Below, piece by piece: positions 1 to 9,731 of a stretch of DNA of 64,000 nt (the first letter of the stretch is position 1; each line of letters starts with the position of its first letter). Under the pieces are notes generated by a model that made no database searches, was not told the DNA's origin, and worked only from the letters and a program-made list of their open reading frames with translations. Origin of the DNA: a virus (lineage: Duplodnaviria > Caudoviricetes); the IMG/VR virus record IMGVR_UViG_3300031801_001562; one strand, written 5' to 3'. The position numbers were made by a program, and so were the translations under genes.

Positions 1-7
1 ACTTGCA

Positions 8-2524
8 TTAAGCAACCATTTCCGCAAATCTTTGAAGCATTATCCTTTTTTCTAATTTTCCTTTCTGAAATTTTTTGAATGCCTTAGTCAAAGAAGCAGT
101 TGAATTAACTTTATTAGAATCAATATTTATTTCATCCTCCATCATAACGGAGGTATGTTGTTTGATTACATAAAGTTCATCATATCCCTTATCATCTACA
201 ATCATGTATCCGTTTCGATTGTATCCGGCTTTTACATCTTGCCATTTGCTCCATCCGACCATGCGACCTGCATCATCGGAGGAAGTTGTAAGGAAAAATC
301 CTAAAACGTTTGAACCCGTCTTATATTTAAAATAATTTATAAAATTTTCTGTTTGGCGAAATCCATGACAGGCGGTCCAATCGAAAACTTTTTTTGTTTC
401 TTTATCTACCAACCTGATGTGAGAATCTCGAGTATCGATTCGTTCTATAAAAAGTTCATCTCCACTGTCTTCTCTTGTCACGAAAGATTTATGAGATGAA
501 TTAGATTCTCCGTCTGAAAGAATAATTGTGTTAACAATATCAAGATTATTTTCTCTTTGGAATCTTTTAACATTTGCTGAACTTATCATGATTGCATCAT
601 TCAAAGGAGTTCCGCAAAGACGATGCAGCGGCCATTTAATATGACGACCTATTGAATTCCATTCCCAAGATGATCGACATTTATTTTCCGCACCCCAACT
701 GTCATAAATTATAGAAGGGATTGTATCTTTCGGAAGTTTGGTATTTCGACCAGTAAATGCATTTCTATTAATTATTTTCTCTCTTCTTTCTTCTAACCAG
801 TACGCGCCCATAAAATCTCTATCGCATCGAAGTATAGATAAAAGAAGATTTTCACGTTGATTCTTAAATTCTTTACTGGTCATTTTATTAGAAAATATTT
901 CCATTAATTGAGTAGATTTATCTCCCATTGCCATATCGCCTAATCGTTCTTTATAAGGGGTCCCAAATTTTTCTTTTTCTTTTCCTTCTTCATCAAAACT
1001 ATAATCAACAAAAGCATATGCCTCATGAGCGATATTACATTTCCTGCAGAAATCTATTAATTGAAATAATTGATTCAAAGTTGGAATCATTTTATCACTC
1101 ATAGATCCTGACCAATCCATTAAAAAATAAAGTCCGTGACTCTTACCTTCAGGAACAATCGTGATTTTCTTAAAAATATTATCACAATATTTGTACTTAT
1201 GAATATCTGAAAGAGATATAGTACCTGTGTTTGCGGTCATCGACCTTTTATATTCAGCTGCTTTCTTTTTCATTTCAAATTCTTTAACAAGATAATTAAC
1301 AACTGGTTTATTTTCCTTGTCGATATATTTCAAATATTCGCGCGCATATCCAAATGCTAATGAATATTCCCTTTCCCACTCACTCTCTCCCTTATTTGCC
1401 CCTATCAAATAATCCCTGCGTTCATCTAGTGCTTCCTGAGTTCTTTTTAAAAGTTCTTTATAACTAATAATTAAATTTTCACTTTTTAAATCAATTGTTG
1501 GTGAATTATAATATTTCAACTCTAGTGCATCTTCATGAACTAGTTCTTCCTCATGTTCACGAAAATTCTGATCGGTTAAGGATTTCGGTTCATGTTTCCA
1601 TTTCCATGGATCATCTTCATACCACTTATCATATCCTCCTACTCTCTCTCCTCCCAGCTTTTTTCCTTCTTCCTCTTTTTCTTCATCTGCTTCAGACTGA
1701 GAAGATTCTTGATCTCCATTATCTTCTTCTTTTTGATCTTCTTCTTGATCTCCATCAGTTCCTTCATTATCGCATTTATCTGCCGGCTTGTCACAATCAT
1801 CTTTTTCTGTTTCCTCTTTAGACTGATCCTGAATATCTGTTTCATTAAAATCATAATCAAAATCATTTTCCTCATCACTATCTTCTTCTTCCTCTTCATC
1901 TTCTTGATAATATTGATCCATAAAAGAATCATCCTGACAAGTTTGCTGTTCTTGTTCGTTTTCTTTAGCATAATCCCAAAGTTCCTCGGTCAGTTGTTCA
2001 ACATCTCCCCAAGTCTCAAGTTCTGCCATCTTATCAACAAATGGTTTCTCTGCTTCGGTGAATTGAACATTCTCTAAAGGTCCACCCTTAAAATGAATAT
2101 TAAGTTTATCAATTAATGAACCAGAATTGATATCAATATTATATTGCTTGAGGCCGAAAAAATCTCTATCATGCACTAAGATTTTATATCCCTTGCTCAT
2201 CGCCTTTCCGGCACCTGCGAACTTTCTTTTGATTAATTTTTCGATCCTGGCATCTTCCACAACGTTCAAAAAGCCCTTATAATTCGGTCCTTTTGTTTCA
2301 ATAACCTTGTGCCAACCATGAGCTGGAGTATTTAAAGCGTGTCCGACTTCATGACAAACAAATAAGTCATAAACCTCACCTTCCATCTCTTTGAGAATCG
2401 GTAAAATTAATGTTCTGCCTTTCGGATCGAATCCGGCGGTTGGAACTTTAGCGTGGCGAACAGTAATATTTTCTGTTGCCATGAGTTTTGCTAAAATGCT
2501 TTTTTGTTCTAATAATTCATCCAT
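8..2524 (-). CDS. HEXXH metallopeptidase-like N-terminus + acidic linker + VWA domain (CobT-like partner of phage AAA ATPases)
   Basis: CHEVGH motif, D/E-rich linker, MIDAS DWSGS, later ILSDGE. Confidence 0.75.
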   Translation of the reverse strand: MDELLEQKSILAKLMATENITVRHAKVPTAGFDPKGRTLILPILKEMEGEVYDLFVCHEVGHALNTPAHGWHKVIETKGPNYKGFLNVVEDARIEKLIKRKFAGAGKAMSKGYKILVHDRDFFGLKQYNIDINSGSLIDKLNIHFKGGPLENVQFTEAEKPFVDKMAELETWGDVEQLTEELWDYAKENEQEQQTCQDDSFMDQYYQEDEEEEEDSDEENDFDYDFNETDIQDQSKEETEKDDCDKPADKCDNEGTDGDQEEDQKEEDNGDQESSQSEADEEKEEEGKKLGGERVGGYDKWYEDDPWKWKHEPKSLTDQNFREHEEELVHEDALELKYYNSPTIDLKSENLIISYKELLKRTQEALDERRDYLIGANKGESEWEREYSLAFGYAREYLKYIDKENKPVVNYLVKEFEMKKKAAEYKRSMTANTGTISLSDIHKYKYCDNIFKKITIVPEGKSHGLYFLMDWSGSMSDKMIPTLNQLFQLIDFCRKCNIAHEAYAFVDYSFDEEGKEKEKFGTPYKERLGDMAMGDKSTQLMEIFSNKMTSKEFKNQRENLLLSILRCDRDFMGAYWLEERREKIINRNAFTGRNTKLPKDTIPSIIYDSWGAENKCRSSWEWNSIGRHIKWPLHRLCGTPLNDAIMISSANVKRFQRENNLDIVNTIILSDGESNSSHKSFVTREDSGDELFIERIDTRDSHIRLVDKETKKVFDWTACHGFRQTENFINYFKYKTGSNVLGFFLTTSSDDAGRMVGWSKWQDVKAGYNRNGYMIVDDKGYDELYVIKQHTSVMMEDEINIDSNKVNSTASLTKAFKKFQKGKLEKRIMLQRFAEMVA

Positions 2525-2733
2525 GCTTTCTCCATTTTGGTAAGTGCTCTAACTACTCCATTGTCTGTAATATGTTCGCTCTCCGGAAGGCAACTTTTGA
2601 CCTGATACTGATCTCTGAAAATACTCATTTTACTGTACGCATCTTCAAAGCTAGTCGCGGTAAGATATAGAGGTGATACATATTCCATGGTATCCCAAGT
2701 CCGCATCCAAATCTGATATTTCTGGGGTTTCAT
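2509..2733 (-). CDS. hypothetical early protein
   Basis: ORF downstream of consensus promoter; probable start MKPQ. Confidence 0.55.
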   Translation of the reverse strand: MKPQKYQIWMRTWDTMEYVSPLYLTATSFEDAYSKMSIFRDQYQVKSCLPESEHITDNGVVRALTKMEKAWMNY

Positions 2734-2826
2734 AATTTCTCTCTCGTTTGTGTTTGTGTTTGCCGCCATCCCACCCAACTCTTCGCTTCGGCGGTTGTCG
2801 CCGGTATTTTTTTATTCTTTATATAT

Positions 2827-2855
2827 ATTATAACATATCTAGCTCAACATGTCAA
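2827..2855 (-). promoter_or_regulatory. sigma70 early promoter
   Basis: TTGACA-17 nt-TATAAT on minus strand. Confidence 0.9.
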
Positions 2856-2977
2856 CATATTTGATTTCTTGTAATATCAACTGGTTACCTGTATCTCATT
2901 AAAATCATTGAAAATCTTTTTTGATAAATATTAGAATTGGAGAGAATATTTAATGAATTTTTTTGGAAAGGAACAAC

Positions 2978-3811
2978 TTGACCAGTTTAATTATGCCTAC
3001 AGATTTTGATAATGCCGTTACCAGTCTTCGTAAATTTTTTCATTCCCGTGGTTTTCTCGAAGTACACACCCAAAACAGATTATCCATATTAGCCGCTTGC
3101 GAAGATCCCACAACTGTCGCAACATATAATTATAATGACATCATATGGCCTTTGCCTCAAACAGGTCAAATGTGGTTAGAATATGAGCTATTAAATAATC
3201 CAGATTTAAGAGGTGTATTCTGTGTTTCAACATCTTATAGACAAGAGCAGAACCCCGTTGAAGGTAGACATGAAGTTATATTTCCCATGTTTGAATTTGA
3301 AGCACCTGGCGACTTTCAGGACTTGCTTAATATGGAAAGAGATTTAATTAAGCACTTAGGTTTCATAATTCCAGATAACAATTCATTTCCTGAAAAAACC
3401 TACGGTATGTGGTGCGAGGATTTTGATTGTGATGAATTAGATCATGACCACGAACAAATGATATCTGATTCCCATCCATCCGGAGTTGGATTTATAACTC
3501 AATTTCCTTATCATACTTCCCCCTTTTGGAATATGAAAAAAGAAGGTGATCTTGCTAACAAATGCGATGTAATTATGGGGGGCATGGAAACTATTGGTTC
3601 CGCTGAAAGGTCTGCTGATCCGAAAGAGATGGAAGACCAGTTTCATACAATTTCCGATGGAGAATATGCTGAATTATTATTTAAATTATTCGGTAAAGAA
3701 CGAGTAGAAAAAGAATTGAAAGAATTCTTAAGTCATAAATTTTTTCCAAGATATGGTGGTGGAATAGGTCTTACCAGACTTATAAGTGCCCTGAAGATTA
3801 ATAATGCGTGA
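2978..3811 (+). CDS. class II Asp/Asn-tRNA synthetase-like catalytic core without anticodon-binding domain (AsnA/AsnRS2-like)
   Basis: motif 1 FFHSRGFLEVHT, motif 2 YRQE..RH..FPMFEFE, motif 3 GGGIGLTRL; no N-terminal OB fold; probable TTG start at 2978 after AGGA. Confidence 0.85.
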   Translation: MTSLIMPTDFDNAVTSLRKFFHSRGFLEVHTQNRLSILAACEDPTTVATYNYNDIIWPLPQTGQMWLEYELLNNPDLRGVFCVSTSYRQEQNPVEGRHEVIFPMFEFEAPGDFQDLLNMERDLIKHLGFIIPDNNSFPEKTYGMWCEDFDCDELDHDHEQMISDSHPSGVGFITQFPYHTSPFWNMKKEGDLANKCDVIMGGMETIGSAERSADPKEMEDQFHTISDGEYAELLFKLFGKERVEKELKEFLSHKFFPRYGGGIGLTRLISALKINNA

Positions 3812-3814
3812 TAC

Positions 3815-3925
3815 TCTGGGGTGGCGAAATAGGGAAACGCGGCACGTTGTTTGCGTGTTATCTTTGGTTTGATCGATATAATCTAGATCAAAGATGTGTT
3901 GGTTCGAGTCCAACCCCCAGAGCCA
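3815..3925 (+). tRNA. atypical tRNA, anticodon GUU (Asn), 39-nt variable region, encoded CCA
   Basis: acceptor TCTGGGG/CCCCAGA+G+CCA; D arm GCG-AAATAGGGAAA-CGC; anticodon arm GCACG-TTGTTTG-CGTGT; T arm GTTGG-TTCGAGT-CCAAC. Confidence 0.8.
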
Positions 3926-3950
3926 TTAGTAAAGATATATTTATATCATT

Positions 3951-4388
3951 TTAAAACTTAGATATAAATTTCGCTATGGGTTGAATAAGTGGAAGAAGTG
4001 CAATTGCCATAAGAGTATTCACTCCTGTATGAATTATTGCAATCTGTTTAGTTATTCCTGTGGGCATCCCATCAGAAACCATTATTCCAGCCAACCAAAT
4101 AGTTCCAGTAGTTCCTATATTTGCGCCAAGTACAGCTGCGATTGCAGATGGTAAAGGTAAGGCACCAGATGCAACTAATCCTATAATTGCAGTAGTAGAA
4201 AGTGAACTAGATTGCCAGAGAAGGGTACATCCAATTGCTCCGAAAAACATATAATAAGGATTTCCTAAAAACCATTCAAGATGTTCTAAATGACTCATTG
4301 ATTTCATTCCACCCGAGAACATCTTTAAGCCAATGTAAAAAATTACCAAACCTAAAAGGGTCTGAAATACTGGGTTATTAAATTCCAT
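3951..4388 (-). CDS. half-size Na+/Pi cotransporter family membrane protein (one repeat)
   Basis: LLWQSSS and GANIGTT motifs, hydrophobic helices, AGGAGG before ATG at 4388. Confidence 0.8.
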   Translation of the reverse strand: MEFNNPVFQTLLGLVIFYIGLKMFSGGMKSMSHLEHLEWFLGNPYYMFFGAIGCTLLWQSSSLSTTAIIGLVASGALPLPSAIAAVLGANIGTTGTIWLAGIMVSDGMPTGITKQIAIIHTGVNTLMAIALLPLIQPIAKFISKF

Positions 4389-4416
4389 AAATCCTCCTTT
4401 TTTATATTTCCACGAA

Positions 4417-4614
4417 TCATAAAGTTTTCTGTCTTTCTTTTTCATACCTTTCCATCCATTCAATATTTTGTTGTGCATTCTTATTCTGCATATCCTTGAT
4501 TATCTTGTCACGTTGATCATCAAAGTACTTTCCAAAAGATGTTTTTTTCTTTTTGAACGTTGCATCTAATTCTTTCATACATTCTTCGTAAATAAAATTA
4601 TCTTTTACTCCCAT
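4417..4614 (-). CDS. hypothetical protein
   Basis: ORF in coupled minus-strand run. Confidence 0.5.
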   Translation of the reverse strand: MGVKDNFIYEECMKELDATFKKKKTSFGKYFDDQRDKIIKDMQNKNAQQNIEWMERYEKERQKTL

Positions 4615-5522
4615 TTGTTTTCTCCTAAAGCTTCCTTCAATTCTTTGTTTCCTAAAATATATTCAAATAAAACTTCTCGCTGAGCATCTTCTCCCAAATG
4701 CCCTTTATATTTTTTATACTCATGATACACTAATCTTTTTGCTTCTAGGGAAGTCACATTAAGAGTTGATGTCCAATGTTCTACTAACCAATCATATATT
4801 GTTTTGGGCCAGTCAACTTTATCCCTAAGATTTTTTCCAGTTAAAAACTCGGACATAAAAAGAGGAACTTTATCTTTTATTTCTACTACAGATTGATCAC
4901 TACTACTAGGACCATAACTTAAAGTTGGAACCCACAACATAGAATAAAAATGTTTAAATAATTTTTTATATATTTCATTACAATTATAAAAAGTCTCCGC
5001 CATTTCATTAAAATATTCATTATCGATGAATATATCTAATAAGACTTGGGGCAATTCATATGCATTAAGTTCTATATCTAATTCTTTTATTCGATTCCTA
5101 GCATCCCAATGTCCACCTACCATAACGCATTTGCGTTCAACTACATAATTCTTTATGGAAAGAGATCTTATTTTTTGTTGTTGTAAAATAAAATTATCTC
5201 TTCGCTGAGTATTATACCAGGAATCAAGTGTTCCATCAGACTTTTTTGAAACTCTATCCAATTGTGTTGGATATAATTGTCGCTGCGTTGTAAATTGGAG
5301 AAGCACAACATCAAAGTTTTCAATAAGACATGTTCTTAAAGCTGACTCCATATTATTTTGACCTCCTCCAGGAGAAGCAAATAAATGAACTTCGTGCTGA
5401 GGATATGCTTTAGCCAATTCTCTCGGCCAACCTCTCCAAGCGTTAAAACCACCGGACTTTTTTAAAAGTCCTCCTTCAGCTAATCCGGAACTATGACTAC
5501 AACCAATTATTCCAATTTTCAT
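4605..5522 (-). CDS. divergent SGNH-like protein
   Basis: N-terminal IIGCSHS, ASPGGG and C-terminal GHL resemble the GDS paralogs. Confidence 0.45.
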   Translation of the reverse strand: MKIGIIGCSHSSGLAEGGLLKKSGGFNAWRGWPRELAKAYPQHEVHLFASPGGGQNNMESALRTCLIENFDVVLLQFTTQRQLYPTQLDRVSKKSDGTLDSWYNTQRRDNFILQQQKIRSLSIKNYVVERKCVMVGGHWDARNRIKELDIELNAYELPQVLLDIFIDNEYFNEMAETFYNCNEIYKKLFKHFYSMLWVPTLSYGPSSSDQSVVEIKDKVPLFMSEFLTGKNLRDKVDWPKTIYDWLVEHWTSTLNVTSLEAKRLVYHEYKKYKGHLGEDAQREVLFEYILGNKELKEALGENKWE

Positions 5523-5976
5523 AATCTTCTAAATGACAATAACTAAAACTATAAAATACTTTTTTATAATATTCCAAGGTCTTTAAATATTTTTCATATT
5601 CTATTTTCCAAAATTGATTATCAATATAAAATTGTAAAAAAGGAGTCCAATGACAATTTTTAAAAACGGATCCTTTCCCATATTTTTTTTTCATTTTCTC
5701 ATTAAGATTATCTGTAGAACATGTTGTTTCTGTTTTATATCCTTCTGCTGAATCATTTGGAAATATTTTTGTTCGATCAAAGCCAGCACTCTTTTGATAA
5801 TCTTCATATATTAAAAAAAGATATATATCGGGCCCCTCTTCATTAAAAACTTTTCGGATTAAATGTTCTTGATAATCAAATCCATAACTTTTATCATCAA
5901 AGATTTTTAAGTTTTCTATTGGAGAATCAGTTAACTTATTCTTCGGTGCTATCATTACATGCGGTAAATCAATCAT
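5497..5976 (-). CDS. hypothetical protein
   Basis: 159-aa ORF in operon-like run. Confidence 0.55.
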   Translation of the reverse strand: MIDLPHVMIAPKNKLTDSPIENLKIFDDKSYGFDYQEHLIRKVFNEEGPDIYLFLIYEDYQKSAGFDRTKIFPNDSAEGYKTETTCSTDNLNEKMKKKYGKGSVFKNCHWTPFLQFYIDNQFWKIEYEKYLKTLEYYKKVFYSFSYCHLEDYENWNNWL

Positions 5977-6038
5977 ATATAAATGGATCTAAATCTTCTT
6001 TTTCTTTAACAAATTTATATTTAATTCTCAAATAATGT

Positions 6039-7466
6039 TTAAGAATATACGTTGACACCCGTTTTCTTAATGAAGGCTTTGGCATCTTCTTTGGTATTGA
6101 CAATTGGTTCTCCCTTAATATTTAAAGACGTATTTAATAACACTGGACATTTTGTAATATCTTTCCAAATTTGTAATAACGTTTTATGAGGCTCGTGCTT
6201 AACTACTTGTAATCTAGAAGTTCCATCTAAATGAACAACTCCCGGATATTTAATTTTAAATTCTTCTGTTGCTTGAAGAGCACAACTCATATACGGCGAA
6301 AAAAATCCTCCATTAAAATATTTTGAAACATCTTCTTCTAATATCATTGGCGCAAAAGGTCTAAAAGGTTCTCTCCCTTTTATTTCATTAATTTTATCTT
6401 TAATTCTAGGATCTCTTGGATCCCCAAATAAAGTTCTATTACCTAAAGCTCTCGGCCCAAATTCACATCTACCATTGGCAACTCCAACCACTCTTTTAAC
6501 CATTAATTCATCTATTATTTCTTGGAACGGAAACGGTCCTTGAATATCATAACCAAGATAAGGAGAAGGATCAATGTGGTTTCTTGTTCTTGCAAGAATG
6601 CATCCCACAGCAGAACCAGAGTCACCTGGATTAGATGGAATATGGATACGAGAAAAATAATCTGATAAAAATCTATTGGCACTAACATTTAAAGCACATC
6701 CTCCCACAAAAACTATATTACCTGTTTCATTTAATTTATGAATACTAACTCTTTTTATTATGTCTCTAAAAATATCTTCATATACTGCTTGAGCAGCAGT
6801 AGGAACATCTTCAGGATGAACTTCAGGTTTTCTTGTCCATTCTTTTAATTTAAGTAAACCTCTATGCCAGGACGCTCCATTATTCCAAAGTTCAAATATT
6901 CTTCTATAAACTGGTTCATATGGATATGTCTGTCGAGCCGCGGCTCCCATCATAATATATTCTTCTTCATTAGGTTTCCATCCAGCATATTGAGTTAATG
7001 CTGAATACATTAAACCTAAAGATTTAGGATATTTCCAATTCCATAACTTCTTTAACTTTTTACCTTTGGCTTTCCATACGGTTAATGTCTCCCACTCTCC
7101 AATTGCATCAATAACCAAAACCATAGTATTATCAAAAGGAGAAGTATAATAACCATATGCTGCATGTGATAAATGATGTGAAGTATATTTCAGTTTATAA
7201 TTATAAGGAAACTCGGGTGGTTTATAAAATGGTTTTTGACCGGCATACCAACGTCGCGACATTTTTACAAATGGATTTTCATAAAAATAAACTTTGGCTG
7301 GTTGCCCATATTCTTCTAAAACATAATTGAAAAGATTTTCAGGGATTGCCGGATCGTTCTTTTTTCTAGAAAATCTTTCTGCATCGGTTGCAAATAATAG
7401 TTCGCTATTTTCAAATACTGCTATAGCGCCATCATGTGAGCCACAAGTTAATCCCCAATAGATCAT
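6039..7466 (-). CDS. carbamoyltransferase (NodU/CmcH/TobZ family)
   Basis: HDGAIAV, HHLSHAA, GGCALNV, FGPRALGNR, KGREPFRPFAP, LLNTSLN. Confidence 0.92.
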   Translation of the reverse strand: MIYWGLTCGSHDGAIAVFENSELLFATDAERFSRKKNDPAIPENLFNYVLEEYGQPAKVYFYENPFVKMSRRWYAGQKPFYKPPEFPYNYKLKYTSHHLSHAAYGYYTSPFDNTMVLVIDAIGEWETLTVWKAKGKKLKKLWNWKYPKSLGLMYSALTQYAGWKPNEEEYIMMGAAARQTYPYEPVYRRIFELWNNGASWHRGLLKLKEWTRKPEVHPEDVPTAAQAVYEDIFRDIIKRVSIHKLNETGNIVFVGGCALNVSANRFLSDYFSRIHIPSNPGDSGSAVGCILARTRNHIDPSPYLGYDIQGPFPFQEIIDELMVKRVVGVANGRCEFGPRALGNRTLFGDPRDPRIKDKINEIKGREPFRPFAPMILEEDVSKYFNGGFFSPYMSCALQATEEFKIKYPGVVHLDGTSRLQVVKHEPHKTLLQIWKDITKCPVLLNTSLNIKGEPIVNTKEDAKAFIKKTGVNVYS

Positions 7467-8140
7467 ATTAAATTCTTTTCAAAAATTATATCTTCAACAC
7501 TCTCATTATTAAACTTCCTCTTTATATATATTGATAATATTTCATGATTAGATTCGCAAAAATGATTTGATCTCTGGTCTCTAAATTCGGGATCATAATC
7601 ACTATTAATTTCCCCTCTGGAAACATCCATCAATATTATATCGGCTATTTCGAATTTATCAATTGCTTGTATTTCAAGAACATTATAATTATTACGATTA
7701 CGTGATGTGGAAAAATATAATACTTTTTCATATTGATCGGACAATGCTTTCAGAACACATCTTGCTTTTGTTGCCTTATGATAATCTTTATAGTTGTTAT
7801 GAAAGTGTTTAACAAATTGTTTATGTTTATGAACATATTTCATGCCGGGTTCAGAAAGCCATTTATTATTTTCCCAATCATGACCCCACATTACAGCAGC
7901 ATCGTGTTTTGGGGTTTTTAAAAATTCAAAATGAAATCGACGTGGTATGGATTCTATAAAAATTATTTTGCCAGATCTTTCCACGTGCCCATTAATAAAA
8001 TTATCTAAAGACCAATCTATACTTGATCCAGCTAATCCGTAAATAAAAGTTGGTTCCCCGAGATTATTATACCATCTTTTACTTTGATCTAGTTGACCGC
8101 TACAAGGATCACAATATGAATCACCGAATACGTGTATCAT
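7463..8140 (-). CDS. SGNH/GDSL-like protein
   Basis: FGDSY at N-terminus, RSNHFCESNH at C-terminus. Confidence 0.6.
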   Translation of the reverse strand: MIHVFGDSYCDPCSGQLDQSKRWYNNLGEPTFIYGLAGSSIDWSLDNFINGHVERSGKIIFIESIPRRFHFEFLKTPKHDAAVMWGHDWENNKWLSEPGMKYVHKHKQFVKHFHNNYKDYHKATKARCVLKALSDQYEKVLYFSTSRNRNNYNVLEIQAIDKFEIADIILMDVSRGEINSDYDPEFRDQRSNHFCESNHEILSIYIKRKFNNESVEDIIFEKNLI

Positions 8141-8849
8141 GAACTTTAAAGTGTGAGCTATCTTGTTCGTGGTTTCCGGTATTCATATCATATGATAAAT
8201 CAATACCAGTAAATAAACTCATACCATCAACAAATGGTTTATTTCTAACATGGAGCCTATAAGACCAATCAGTTCTGGTCCACCTATACATATCCCAATT
8301 TTCTTTTTGAGATGGAGCGAGATCAAAGATCCATTTCTTATCATTAATATGTATTATATGTAATCTAAATTTGCGCAACGGTACAGATTTATTATACACC
8401 TTATGTTGCCAATTACCTATTTCTGTAGAAACTGCTGAATAGAATAATTCAGATGGTGGTTTATATATTTTCTCAAATCTTATAGTAGGAAATTCATCTG
8501 GATGATATTGGGTTACTACATTATCTTCTTCAACATAAATCGTTGATTTATCGTACTCGCAAACATCTATGCACCAACCTTTTCCTTTAAAAGGATCGCT
8601 TCTTATCCATCTTTCTTCATTTCGCCATATTACATCGAAAGGTTTAAAAAAATATGCTTGGTCGGGTATACCTAGTTTATTTCTAGGTGGATGTTCTTCA
8701 TCAAAAACATTATCACTTCTAAGGTCGGGTATGTTCCAAGAAAAATCAAATAATAATTTTCTGGGTTTATCTTTCCAATAATTATAAGCCGCTTCAGTCA
8801 ATTCCCAGGTTGATACTGTGCCGCCTGGACCATTGAGAAATATTTCCAT
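8121..8849 (-). CDS. hypothetical protein
   Basis: 242-aa ORF overlapping neighbour. Confidence 0.6.
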   Translation of the reverse strand: MEIFLNGPGGTVSTWELTEAAYNYWKDKPRKLLFDFSWNIPDLRSDNVFDEEHPPRNKLGIPDQAYFFKPFDVIWRNEERWIRSDPFKGKGWCIDVCEYDKSTIYVEEDNVVTQYHPDEFPTIRFEKIYKPPSELFYSAVSTEIGNWQHKVYNKSVPLRKFRLHIIHINDKKWIFDLAPSQKENWDMYRWTRTDWSYRLHVRNKPFVDGMSLFTGIDLSYDMNTGNHEQDSSHFKVHDTRIR

Positions 8850-8860
8850 ATCATTTTATA

Positions 8861-9112
8861 TTAATTCAAATAATAACTTTTTACATCATCACCCTGACAT
8901 TCAGGAGACAGCTCTGCCATTTTTTCAATTATAGAATTAAGACTATCTACATCTTCATCACCTTGTGGCCAAAATTGAGATGATTTATATCCATTTTCTT
9001 GAAAATATTGTTTCACTTCCCTGAGTTCATGTAATTCGAACACAGTCCTATCCACACACAATTTGCCATCTACAATAGAAATAAAAGCTTCATTCATATC
9101 CATATCATTCAT
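8861..9112 (-). CDS. hypothetical protein
   Basis: ORF coupled to upstream acyltransferase. Confidence 0.5.
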   Translation of the reverse strand: MNDMDMNEAFISIVDGKLCVDRTVFELHELREVKQYFQENGYKSSQFWPQGDEDVDSLNSIIEKMAELSPECQGDDVKSYYLN

Positions 9113-9731
9113 ATCTATATTTAGATCTTTTATCTTTAATAGATCTGTATCTTTGATATTCTTTATTTAATATAATATCATCAACTTTATGTCTGTTTAA
9201 ACCTATTACATTCGTTTTAGAAAATTTTCCTGGATTACCATACCATAATCCACCTGGCACGACAGTTTCTTTACTCGTTATAATTGTTCCCATTCCGAAC
9301 ATACAATAAGAACCTAGGGTTTGATATTGATGAATAATAGTTCCGAAACCTAATTGACATCCTTTCATTATATAAACATGGCCACCTAACACTACGTTAT
9401 TGGTCATTATAACATCATCTTCTATAACACAATCATGGGCGATATGAGAAAGAACCATAAAATAACAATTATTTCCTATAATAGTTTTTTCAGACCATCT
9501 AGTAGGTAAATGTATTGTTGCATATTCTCTAATAATATTATTATCACCTATAATAATTTCACCAACAGAATCTTCTTTTCGATGTTGTGCATTTGTACCA
9601 ATACAAACTCCCGGTCCAATTTCATTACCAGAACCCATAGAAACTTTTTCCCAATTTACTACTGCTGATTCATGTATTAGATTTCCCTCGCCGTCCTCAT
9701 GCCACTGGTGTTCAAATCCATTTAAACTCAT
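9105..9731 (-). CDS. LpxA-like left-handed beta-helix acyltransferase
   Basis: hexapeptide repeats (IIIGDNNIIRE, TIIGNNCYFM, HIAHDCVIED). Confidence 0.85.
   Translation of the reverse strand: MSLNGFEHQWHEDGEGNLIHESAVVNWEKVSMGSGNEIGPGVCIGTNAQHRKEDSVGEIIIGDNNIIREYATIHLPTRWSEKTIIGNNCYFMVLSHIAHDCVIEDDVIMTNNVVLGGHVYIMKGCQLGFGTIIHQYQTLGSYCMFGMGTIITSKETVVPGGLWYGNPGKFSKTNVIGLNRHKVDDIILNKEYQRYRSIKDKRSKYRYE

Noticed and set aside
3859-3897. Variable-arm insert interpreted as a tRNA intron
   Set aside because: It is not at the 37/38 position, shows no bulge-helix-bulge, and is far too short for a self-splicing intron; it is more consistent with a long arm.
3938-3945. Minus-strand TATAAATA antisense to the aberrant tRNA
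   Set aside because: An all-A/T octamer occurs many times by chance in this AT-rich window; there is no independent support.
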